A stretch of DNA of 32,000 nt, taken from positions 2,340,001-2,372,000 of the forward strand of contig NC_010546.1 in assembly GCF_000017845.1 (NCBI RefSeq). The letters run 5' to 3'. This stretch comes from Crocosphaera subtropica ATCC 51142. Lineage in GTDB: Bacteria; Cyanobacteriota; Cyanobacteriia; Cyanobacteriales; Microcystaceae. Both the position numbers and the translations under genes were made by a program. Every line of letters starts with the position of its first letter. Position 1 is the stretch's first letter. Shown here piece after piece: positions 1-8,235 of this stretch. The notes beneath the pieces are model-generated. The model did not search any database and was not told the origin of the DNA. It saw only the letters and a program-made list of their open reading frames with translations.

Positions 1-1
1 T

Positions 2-91
2 GGGGTGATTGTTTTAACTTCTCCTAACCAAGATTCTGAGAATAATGATACGGTGGTAATTGGTGCTTTTAGAACCAATTTTCAGTTCTAA
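2..91 (+). CDS. 3' end of an upstream gene (partial, ...VVIGAFRTNFQF*)
   Basis: Frame 2 is open from the window edge to TAA at 89-91. The terminal aromatic F resembles an outer-membrane beta-barrel C-terminus, but only 29 codons are visible. Confidence 0.25.
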   Translation, partial: GVIVLTSPNQDSENNDTVVIGAFRTNFQF

Positions 92-110
92 TTTTCGTTA
101 GATGTAATAA

Positions 111-133
111 TCCCTGTTAGCTTAAAACAGGGA
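111..133. terminator. Stem-loop between convergent gene ends (possible bidirectional terminator)
   Basis: tccctgtt (111-118) pairs with aacaggga (126-133) around a 7-nt loop. It lies between the partial + ORF end (91) and the TPR gene end (192). There is no strong U tract. Confidence 0.35.
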
Positions 134-191
134 CTTTAATAGATAGCGTTTCTCAGACTCATGAGGCTTCGCCTGAATGACTATAGATAAT

Positions 192-1043
192 TTATGAATC
201 TAATAACTCCATTAAGCGATCATCTTGCCAATAGGTATTAAAAATATCATTATTTCTAGCCAGATCAAGAATGGTATTCGGGGCAATATCAAAGGCTTCT
301 AATAAGCAGTTTAGAGCCTCATCCTGGTTATTCAAGGCTGCATGACAATGACCTTGATAATACCAAGCATATTCATCATTGGGTTCAGCCTCTAGGGCTT
401 TTTGATAACAATTAATGGCCTCCTCAAAACGGTTTAATTGTTGTAAAGTTTTTCCTTTTTGATACCATGACCAATAATCATGAGGTTTAACTAATAACGC
501 TTGTTCGTAGTTCGTTAACGCTTCTTCTAACTGCCCTTGATGGCGTAAACAGTCTCCTCTACGATACCATGACCAATAATCATTGGGTCTGATGGTTAAT
601 GCTTGATCATAAGCGGCGATCGCTTCGGAGTATTTTTCCCAGAGACGATAGGCTTCTGCAATACGATATTGCGCCCAATAATCGTCTGGATAGATTAATA
701 AAGCATTTTTGAAGCAGTTAATGGCGTTTTCGTACTCTTTTAACTCTTCGAGATGGATACAGCCTTTATCATACCAAGACCAATAATTGTTTGGTTCGAT
801 TTTAGCTGCATTTTCATAGCTGACGACAGCTTCTTCGTAGCGTCCTAACTCTTCTAATGTCATACCCTTTTTATACCAAGCCCAATAGTCATTTGGATAA
901 TATTCTAAGGCTTTTTCGTAACACATTAACGCTTCTGGGTAAAGTTGATCTTCTCGGAGTCTATTTCCCTGTTGATACCAACTTTGATAACTATCGGGAC
1001 GGCATTCTAAAGGGCGGTAAATGGTCGCTTTAATCTGTATCAT
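192..1043 (-). CDS. Tetratricopeptide (TPR) repeat protein, about eight 34-aa repeats
   Basis: 283-aa ORF with a regular 34-residue period: P(N/D)DYW(S/A)WY.(K/R)G..L..L.R.EEA...Y..AL. The 21-nt string gataccatgaccaataatcat occurs identically at 461-481 and 563-583, 102 nt (one repeat) apart. Confidence 0.9.
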   Translation of the reverse strand: MIQIKATIYRPLECRPDSYQSWYQQGNRLREDQLYPEALMCYEKALEYYPNDYWAWYKKGMTLEELGRYEEAVVSYENAAKIEPNNYWSWYDKGCIHLEELKEYENAINCFKNALLIYPDDYWAQYRIAEAYRLWEKYSEAIAAYDQALTIRPNDYWSWYRRGDCLRHQGQLEEALTNYEQALLVKPHDYWSWYQKGKTLQQLNRFEEAINCYQKALEAEPNDEYAWYYQGHCHAALNNQDEALNCLLEAFDIAPNTILDLARNNDIFNTYWQDDRLMELLDS

Positions 1044-1143
1044 AGCGATGAAAGGAGATGATATTTATACTATATAACAATTTATTAAGTATCTATGTAA
1101 AATTTGCATTCTGGGATTCAAAAATAACACAATAGTTGGTAAC

Positions 1144-1185
1144 TTATTAGTCATCAATTATTAGTTATGACTTATCAGTCATCAG
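1144..1185. repeat. Heptamer-periodic AT-rich array (TTATTAG TCATCAA TTATTAG TTATGAC TTATCAG TCATCAG)
   Basis: Six consecutive 7-nt units read directly in the divergent spacer between the TPR and DUF790 genes. Confidence 0.6.
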
Positions 1186-1252
1186 CTAAAATCTATTAAA
1201 ATGACAGCTAAATATAGCAAAAATGTCCTAATTGATTTTTGTACGACTATAA

Positions 1253-1275
1253 CTCCGAACCCTGAACCCCTAACC
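1253..1275 (-). repeat. Heptamer tandem repeat; reverse complement reads GGTTAGG GGTTCAG GGTTCGG AG
   Basis: Same (A/G)GTT(A/C)(G/A)G unit family as the array at 25804-25840, in opposite orientation. Confidence 0.6.
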
Positions 1276-1312
1276 TTCTGCTAAACAGCAGTCAAGTATC
1301 CGAACTCACATT

Positions 1313-2533
1313 ATGTTACCGTCAGATTTATTAATGTATCGTTATAGTGGGGATACCATTATACCTAAACGTTTACCTTTAAATGATAGCACAATTAATT
1401 TAGCTGCTGAACAAATTGATTGTTTTTTAAACTGTGTTGATCAGACGCAAAAACAGTTAAATGAAAAATTATCAGAATTAGAAGGCGATAACCCTAATTA
1501 TCGGGTAAAACGAGGATTAGCCCATTTGTTAAAAAATCATTTTTCTACCTTTGAAATTGTTAGCCCTCTAGAACCTAAAGAATTAAGACAAAAAGTTTTT
1601 AGTTGTGCTGCAGAATCTTTACCGATTCCTCAAAATCGACCGAATTTATTACAAAAAGTAGCCAGTTTACTAACAGAAGAATTACAAAGAGAAGTCTTAC
1701 CCAGTGAAATTGAACGGGGTTTATATGCAGATTTGCAAGAAAATAGAATATTAACCAGTTTTGACCCACCCGAACCAGAAACTTTAATTCATCGTTATAA
1801 TTTATCTCAAATTCAAGGGGTATTTTATCGTTCTAATTATATTGTAATTAATGCTCATCGAAATGATCCAGGAGAATATAAACTCTTATTTCGTTATTTA
1901 AAATTGTTTCAATTGATGGCATATATTGAAGGCGATGCAGACACCGGTTTTACCATTACTATTGATGGGCCAACCAGTTTATTTAAAGCCAGTACCCGTT
2001 ACGGTTTATCTTTGGCCAAGATGATTCCTGCGTTACTTCATGTGAGTAAATGGAGTCTAAAAAGTAAGTTACAAACCAAAGATTCTTATACAGGAGGTAT
2101 CAAAAATAGTTATTTTGATTTAGACGATCATTGTGGTTTAGTCACTCATTATTCTAGGGGAAAAACCTACGATAGTATGCTAGAGGAATCCTTTGTTAAA
2201 CGCTGGAATAAATTAAAAACAGACTGGCAATTAGAACGAGAAGTTGACTTAATTCCTATTCCGGGAAGTGTAATGATTCCTGACTTTAGATTAGTGCATC
2301 CTGATGGGAGAGATTATTTATTAGAAATTGTGGGTTATTGGCGACCTGAGTATTTAAGAAAGAAGTTTTATCAAGTACAAAATGCTGATAATGATAACAT
2401 TATTTTAGCCATTTCTGAACGATTAAACTTAGATAAAGCAGGGGTTGATTTTAATAATACTCCTGCGAAAGTTATCTGGTTTAAAGATAAGTTGAATCCT
2501 AAAAGTGTTTTGTCTTTGTTAGAGAATAGTTGA
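1313..2533 (+). CDS. DUF790 family protein (Bax1-like PD-(D/E)XK endonuclease)
   Basis: 406-aa ORF. The C-terminal IPDFRLVHPDGRDYLLEIVGYWRPEYLRKKF matches my recollection of the DUF790 nuclease signature (PDF...D...EIVGFWTPEYL). Confidence 0.75.
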   Translation: MLPSDLLMYRYSGDTIIPKRLPLNDSTINLAAEQIDCFLNCVDQTQKQLNEKLSELEGDNPNYRVKRGLAHLLKNHFSTFEIVSPLEPKELRQKVFSCAAESLPIPQNRPNLLQKVASLLTEELQREVLPSEIERGLYADLQENRILTSFDPPEPETLIHRYNLSQIQGVFYRSNYIVINAHRNDPGEYKLLFRYLKLFQLMAYIEGDADTGFTITIDGPTSLFKASTRYGLSLAKMIPALLHVSKWSLKSKLQTKDSYTGGIKNSYFDLDDHCGLVTHYSRGKTYDSMLEESFVKRWNKLKTDWQLEREVDLIPIPGSVMIPDFRLVHPDGRDYLLEIVGYWRPEYLRKKFYQVQNADNDNIILAISERLNLDKAGVDFNNTPAKVIWFKDKLNPKSVLSLLENS

Positions 2534-2711
2534 GTATAAAATAAAAGGATTCTTTTAACTATAGCATTACGCATTATGGTGTTTGATGTTACTGATATTT
2601 CTTTCTTCCTCGGAATAAAAAATAAAGAGAAGAAAAATCTCCTAACTAATTTTTGTATTAGTATAAAATTAATGGAACATCTTCAAAGAATAACGACTTG
2701 AGAATAACACA

Positions 2712-2864
2712 ATGTCAGAAGAAAGATTGACCCAGATAGAACAAAAGCTAATTTTATTAGAACATGGTCAAAGTCAGATCAAGGCAAACCTTGACATTAT
2801 TATGAGGCATGTTACAGAACAAAAACTAATTTTATTGGAACGAAGTCTTATGATAGGGAAGTAA
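2712..2864 (+). CDS. Possible 50-aa small ORF with an internal EQKLILLE duplication
   Basis: ATG 2712 to TAA 2862-2864, below the ORF-track cutoff. Translation is MSEERLTQIEQKLILLEHGQSQIKANLDIIMRHVTEQKLILLERSLMIGK. There is no obvious Shine-Dalgarno sequence. Confidence 0.3.
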   Translation: MSEERLTQIEQKLILLEHGQSQIKANLDIIMRHVTEQKLILLERSLMIGK

Positions 2865-2904
2865 AATAATATTTCTCATCAAACAAAAATTCTTAACCCT
2901 CTCT

Positions 2905-4377
2905 ATGATTGACACCTCATTTATAAAACGATTTCGCTGGTTAGGTTTAGTGTTAATAACTACCTTGCTAGTGTTAATTTTTCGTTTGCCGGCGGTTGCT
3001 CAAACCCCAAGACACTATACTGAGTTAGAATTTCCCCCCTTACCTGACATATCTCTTCCCCAATATGAACGCTACCAACTCAATAATGGGATGGTGGTTT
3101 ATTTAATGGAAGATCATCAGTTACCCTTAGTCAAAGGCAATGCTTTAATCAAAACAGGATCACGACTCGAACCAATTGAAGAGGTTGGCCTAGCTGAAAC
3201 CACAGGAAGCTTAATGCGTTTAGGGGGAACTCAGCAACATTCTGCTAATGAAGTCAACGAACTCCTCGAACAACGGGCTGCTAGAGTGGAAGTGAACATA
3301 GGAACCAACTCAGGGAATGCCGGGTTTAACACCCTCACAGAAGACCTAGAAACGGTTTTCAATCTCTTCAGTGAAATTGTACGAGAACCGGCCTTTGCGC
3401 CTCAACCCCTTACCTTAATCAAAACCCAACAACAGGGTCAAATTGCTCGCCGTAACGATGATCCAGGGGACATTGCTAGTCGTGAGTTACGGAAATTAAT
3501 CTATGGGGAAGAGAGTCCCTATGCTCGCACCACTGAGTATGAAACCATTGATAATATTAGTCGTGATGATGTCATTGCCTTTCATCAAAAATATGTACGA
3601 CCTGAAAACATCATTTTAGGTATTGTCGGAGACTTTGATCCCAACACCCTTAAACCCTTAATTGAGGAAACCCTGGGAACCTGGCAACCCAAAACCCCAG
3701 ATCCAGAGATAAACATCCCCTCAGCCGAACAAAAACAAAGCCAGGGGGTATTTTTCGTCAGTCAACCTCAATTGAACCAGAGTAATGTGTTATTGGGGCA
3801 TTTAGGGGGTAAATTCGATAGCCCTGATTATCCTGCTTTAGCGGTGGTGAATGGTTTATTTAATGGCTTTGGGGGTCGTTTGTATAATAACCTGCGATCG
3901 CGTCAAGGGTTAGCTTACAGTGTGTATGGTTATTGGAGTGCTGCCTATGATCATCCTGGAATTTTCATTGCCGGGGGTCAAACCGCTTCTCAAACCACAG
4001 TACAGTTTATTACCTCTTTAATTGAAGAAATTCAAAGAGTGCAAGAAAACCCCATTGAATCCGATGAATTAGATTATGCTAAAGAGTCGATTATAAACTC
4101 TTTTGTGTTTAAATTTGAGAACCCTAGCCAAACCTTATCCCGTCTCATGACCTATGAATATTTTGGCTATCCCCAAGACTTTATTTTCGACTACCAAGAA
4201 GGAGTAAAAGCAACCACAGTTGAAGATGTGCAACGGGTTGCTCAACAATATTTAAAACCAGAAAATCTTGTCACTTTAGTGGTAGGAAATGAAGCAGAAA
4301 TTAATCCTCCTCTATCTCAACTCGGACAAACCGTTACCCCCATTGATATCACTATTCCTGGAGAAGCTAAACGTTAA
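2905..4377 (+). CDS. M16 (pitrilysin/insulinase) family peptidase homologue with signal/TM anchor; zinc motif absent
   Basis: 490-aa ORF with a hydrophobic N-terminus (WLGLVLITTLLVLIF...AVAQ) and typical M16 two-domain length. The position of HxxEH reads GLAETTGSLMRLGGT. Confidence 0.8.
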   Translation: MIDTSFIKRFRWLGLVLITTLLVLIFRLPAVAQTPRHYTELEFPPLPDISLPQYERYQLNNGMVVYLMEDHQLPLVKGNALIKTGSRLEPIEEVGLAETTGSLMRLGGTQQHSANEVNELLEQRAARVEVNIGTNSGNAGFNTLTEDLETVFNLFSEIVREPAFAPQPLTLIKTQQQGQIARRNDDPGDIASRELRKLIYGEESPYARTTEYETIDNISRDDVIAFHQKYVRPENIILGIVGDFDPNTLKPLIEETLGTWQPKTPDPEINIPSAEQKQSQGVFFVSQPQLNQSNVLLGHLGGKFDSPDYPALAVVNGLFNGFGGRLYNNLRSRQGLAYSVYGYWSAAYDHPGIFIAGGQTASQTTVQFITSLIEEIQRVQENPIESDELDYAKESIINSFVFKFENPSQTLSRLMTYEYFGYPQDFIFDYQEGVKATTVEDVQRVAQQYLKPENLVTLVVGNEAEINPPLSQLGQTVTPIDITIPGEAKR

Positions 4378-4430
4378 AAATTTGTAAAACTCACATCTTG
4401 CACCTTCGCTCAAACGAAGCTCCTTTAGGG

Positions 4431-4446
4431 AGGGAACAGGGAACAG
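4431..4446. repeat. Short heptamer repeat (A GGGAACA GGGAACA G)
   Basis: Read directly. A related G-rich string ccaggggacgcaggggag lies at 4580-4597, and gagggaacag at about 15808 (within 15801-15820). Confidence 0.5.
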
Positions 4447-4843
4447 ATAACTGCTTCGATGCAGTCCCAACTCGCAAGTTAAATGATTAACAGCTTATTA
4501 GGGTGGTATTCCTAGAAATGGGTTTACCCCCTTACTCTTTATTAACAATAGAGATTATTAGTTCAGGTAAGCAGAGGAGCCAGGGGACGCAGGGGAGATA
4601 AAGAAAAAAGAATATTAATTAAGTCTCTAGTAGCTTTTGAGAATTGGTATAAGATTTCAGTTTTGATTGATATTTTGACTTTTTACAAGAATTTGACTTT
4701 TAACTGTTTTAATGACCTTGGGAGGAAATAAACAATTTTTCAAAGAATCAATTTGAAAGCGAAAAAATATTTATTTATGAAGTAGAGTGATCTTTTGTTC
4801 TAAATCTTAAGATAATTATTTTAGCATCAGTTCCTATAAACCT

Positions 4844-6298
4844 ATGAATGACAGCAGCAAGAGTTCTCAAGATCAAGCAACTCTCTATCGAATATTGTGT
4901 GAGGCTATTCCTCTCGGTATTTTTCGGAATGATGTGACTGGACAATGTATTTATGCTAATCAAAAACTTCAAGAAATGTCTGGACTGTCTCAAGAAGAAA
5001 TTTTAGGAGATGGATGGAAAAAGATGGTACATCCAGAGGATCAAGAATGGTTAAGTTTTATTTGGTCCCATTTTGTCGAACAAGTTAATCTAGGTCATCA
5101 AAGTCATTATCAACTTGAATATCGTTATCTTAATCAAGATAATTCTGTAGGATGGGCATTTGTACAAGCAGTTCCTGAATATAGTTCTTTAGGCCAACTG
5201 GTGGGTTTTATTGGTTCAACCCTAGATATTACACAACGAAAACGGGCTGAAGAAATTTTAACAGATTATTCCCATAAATTAGAAAATGAAGTTAATCAAC
5301 GCACCCAAGAACTGGTGATCATTAATGAACAGTTACAACAAGAAATTAACGAACGAAAGAAAGTAGAATTAGCCCTGAGAAATAGTCAGAAACAACTTAA
5401 AGAGATTACTGATTCTATTCATGCAGGCATTGCTTACGTTGATCAAAAAGGAAAATATCATTTTGTTAATAAATTTTATGAGTTACAGTTTAATCGTTCC
5501 CGTGAGACAATGATTGGTAAATATGTATGGGAAGTTATGGGAAAGGAAACCTACAATAATGTTAATCATTTAATTGATCAAGTCCTTAAAGGAGAGTCAA
5601 AACATATTGAGTTTGATATTACCTATGAAACGGGGAATACCAGTTATAGTAGTTGTTTTTTGACCCCTGCTTTTGATGAAACAGAAAAGGTAATTGGTTA
5701 TTATACTGTTGTTTTTGATATTACAGAACGCAGAAACTTAGAGCAATCTCTCAAAAAAGCAAATAAAAAATTATCCTATTTAGCTGTAGTTGATGATCTC
5801 ACTGAAATCGCCAATCGTCGTAGATTTGATGATTTTTTAAACAAAGAATGGAGACGGTTATTACGCACCCAAGATCCCCTATCTTTAATTCTTCTCGATG
5901 TGGATTTTTTTAAATGTTATAATGACTATTATGGTCATCCAAAAGGGGATGATTGTCTCGTCAAAATTGCTCAACTTGCTAACAATTCTGTTAGTCGTTG
6001 TAGTGATCTGGTGGCTCGATATGGTGGGGAAGAATTTGCCGTTATTTTACCTAATACAGATAAAAGAGGAGCGATCATTGTTGCTCAACGGATTCACCAA
6101 AATATTAGGAATGCCAGAATTCCTCATGAAACATCAAAAAAAGGTTCTATTATTTCTGTTAGTTTAGGGGTGGCTTGTCTAATTCCTTCTTTACAAGAGT
6201 CTCCTAAAAATTTAATTAATCTAGCTGATCAAGCTCTTTATCAAGCGAAAAATCAAGGACGTGATCGCTTTTGTGTAGCTAAAAATAATAATATTTGA
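4844..6298 (+). CDS. PAS-PAS-GGDEF diguanylate cyclase (soluble sensor)
   Basis: 484-aa ORF. It has two PAS-like segments separated by a coiled-coil (QELVIINEQLQQEINERKK). The active site is RYGGEEF with an RxxD I-site (RCSD) five residues upstream. No EAL domain is present. Confidence 0.9.
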   Translation: MNDSSKSSQDQATLYRILCEAIPLGIFRNDVTGQCIYANQKLQEMSGLSQEEILGDGWKKMVHPEDQEWLSFIWSHFVEQVNLGHQSHYQLEYRYLNQDNSVGWAFVQAVPEYSSLGQLVGFIGSTLDITQRKRAEEILTDYSHKLENEVNQRTQELVIINEQLQQEINERKKVELALRNSQKQLKEITDSIHAGIAYVDQKGKYHFVNKFYELQFNRSRETMIGKYVWEVMGKETYNNVNHLIDQVLKGESKHIEFDITYETGNTSYSSCFLTPAFDETEKVIGYYTVVFDITERRNLEQSLKKANKKLSYLAVVDDLTEIANRRRFDDFLNKEWRRLLRTQDPLSLILLDVDFFKCYNDYYGHPKGDDCLVKIAQLANNSVSRCSDLVARYGGEEFAVILPNTDKRGAIIVAQRIHQNIRNARIPHETSKKGSIISVSLGVACLIPSLQESPKNLINLADQALYQAKNQGRDRFCVAKNNNI

Positions 6299-6331
6299 AC
6301 AAACTCAAAAAGAGAATTGAAAAAGAATTAT

Positions 6332-8146
6332 TTATTTGATGTAGTTAACTGCTACTTTCTGAGAATCTTGGATCATATATTGATATATAACGCCTTTGGT
6401 TAATGATGGTGATGTTGAATTTGGCTTTTGTTTTAAAGGAAAAACTTGATCATCAATAACGACTGAAAAAACTCGATCTAACTTATCTGTTTTAGCTTGA
6501 AGTAAAATAATATTTTCACTCTCTGTATTTGTATAATATCTTGAGCGATCGACGGATTTCAAGGCTCCATAACCTAATCCTGGGGCTGTTGTGGTTATAC
6601 TATTTAATTGCCATAAATTTTTATCCGATACTATGTTATCTTGCCAATTTTCTCTTAAATAGTAGAGTTTAGGTTGTGGCTTCCAATCTTTAGGGAATTG
6701 ATATAGGTGACTCATAACCAGTGATGGTCGCTCAAAAAAGGATTGAATTTGTTTAACCCCTCGAAGATTGTTATGATTATCTACAAGAATAACGGTATTT
6801 TCAGTCATATCAGCACATAAAGTATCAATATCTGTCCAAAATGCCCTCTGATACTGCCAACTCAAGACATAATCTTGTTGAACCAATAAGCCAAACCCCA
6901 TTAATAATGCCAAAAATGTGGCTAAAAGAGCAGTCCCTACATATTTTTTTCCATACTGATTAGCTATAAACCAAATGGCTGAACAAACACAAGCACAGAC
7001 CATAGACGCACCAACCACTGCTGCTGCATGAACCTTAGAACTTCTGCCATTAATAATACTAGCACTACTCGAAAGGGCAAAGGGATAGGCTAAAACCGTC
7101 ATCAAGATTCCGATTAACAGAAACTTTAATAGTAATCGATAGTCTTCTGTAATTTTTAATCGTAATGTCCCAATTCTAATAATAGGAATAAACTCTTTAG
7201 ATTGCTCAGAAAGGTTAGCTTTTATGGTAGAAAATATCCAAAATAGTCCTATCCAGCTAGGTACAATGATCAAAAGAGATTTGAGATTTAAGCCCTTTAA
7301 GGTTGTAAAAAGTCTATAGACAAACATTTTAAGACTTACAATAGGTCCAATGATCATATGGCTAACTACTGTTTGAAAAGCAATGACTATATCAACATCA
7401 CTTGCTCTTGTTTCTCCTGATAATTGACGGATAAAAATAACAAAAACTACTATAAATGCCATTAATAAAGTATGTTTAATTAACTTTCGATATAATCTCA
7501 AATCCCACTTATTTTTGAGTAATGGTGCTGCTAAAAATACGGGAAACATTGGTTCATAAGACAGAAGAGAACCAAGAATAACCAAATAAGATAGTTTCTT
7601 TTTTCCAGAAACATAACAATTCAGTGCAATTAAAAGAAACGTTATAGATGGTTGTATTCCTAATGAATGGGTTAAAAAAGGTTGAGTGGTATCAGCCGGA
7701 AATAGAGCAAAAGCTAAAACGCTAGTGAAGATAAATATATTGGGAAGCGTTAACCGCTTCAGCAATGTATAAAATAAAAAAGCATTAATTGTAATAATGA
7801 AATAACCAATTAAATAAATACTATGAAAGCCTCCCAGTTTATTGCCAATCCATGAAAAAAGGACAATTAAAATATCATGGAACGGTCTACCTTGACCCTG
7901 TTCGATTAAGATATTATTCAGAATAAATCTTCCTAATCCAGAACCCGAACCGATCCAACCTGCTTCCATCGCAAACGGAATCCTACTATAATCATCTTCA
8001 TATAAACCGAAACGGGTAAAATATAAAAAATCTGTAATCCCAATTACAATAGCTAACAGTAAAAATATTTTAAAAAAATTAAGACTTGTCTCAGCATTTT
8101 GATGGTTATTTACATCCTTTATTCTCGCTGAGTGGTTGGATTTCAT
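6332..8146 (-). CDS. Polytopic membrane protein with large C-terminal soluble domain (possibly GT-C-type glycosyltransferase-like)
   Basis: 604-aa ORF with more than 10 hydrophobic segments in the first ~420 aa. An acidic YEDDY motif sits in the first loop after TM1. The function is inferred only. Confidence 0.7.
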   Translation of the reverse strand: MKSNHSARIKDVNNHQNAETSLNFFKIFLLLAIVIGITDFLYFTRFGLYEDDYSRIPFAMEAGWIGSGSGLGRFILNNILIEQGQGRPFHDILIVLFSWIGNKLGGFHSIYLIGYFIITINAFLFYTLLKRLTLPNIFIFTSVLAFALFPADTTQPFLTHSLGIQPSITFLLIALNCYVSGKKKLSYLVILGSLLSYEPMFPVFLAAPLLKNKWDLRLYRKLIKHTLLMAFIVVFVIFIRQLSGETRASDVDIVIAFQTVVSHMIIGPIVSLKMFVYRLFTTLKGLNLKSLLIIVPSWIGLFWIFSTIKANLSEQSKEFIPIIRIGTLRLKITEDYRLLLKFLLIGILMTVLAYPFALSSSASIINGRSSKVHAAAVVGASMVCACVCSAIWFIANQYGKKYVGTALLATFLALLMGFGLLVQQDYVLSWQYQRAFWTDIDTLCADMTENTVILVDNHNNLRGVKQIQSFFERPSLVMSHLYQFPKDWKPQPKLYYLRENWQDNIVSDKNLWQLNSITTTAPGLGYGALKSVDRSRYYTNTESENIILLQAKTDKLDRVFSVVIDDQVFPLKQKPNSTSPSLTKGVIYQYMIQDSQKVAVNYIK

Positions 8147-8180
8147 GATGATTAATTTTCATTTATTTGACCTTGATCAA

Positions 8181-8201
8181 ATGGGGGCAAAAAACCCCCA
8201 T
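8181..8201 (-). terminator. Probable intrinsic terminator after ndhF
   Basis: On the minus strand ATGGGGG-TTTTTTG-CCCCCAT is followed by TTGAT, 35 nt downstream of the ndhF stop. Confidence 0.5.
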
Positions 8202-8235
8202 TAAATAATTACCGCAAGTTTAGCATAGGGTTGTT

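Noticed and set aside
2371-2574. 67-aa minus-strand ORF overlapping the 3' end of the DUF790 gene
   Set aside because: It is antisense to the conserved nuclease motif region and is a low-complexity translation.
4662-4698. Three TTTGA(C/T)T boxes upstream of the GGDEF gene
   Set aside because: The motif is short and AT-rich with irregular spacing (12 and 18 nt). It cannot be distinguished from -35-like noise in AT-rich DNA.
5898-6167. 89-aa alternative-frame ORF inside the GGDEF domain
   Set aside because: It overlaps the GGEEF-containing frame, which has clear domain motifs. The alternative frame has no features.
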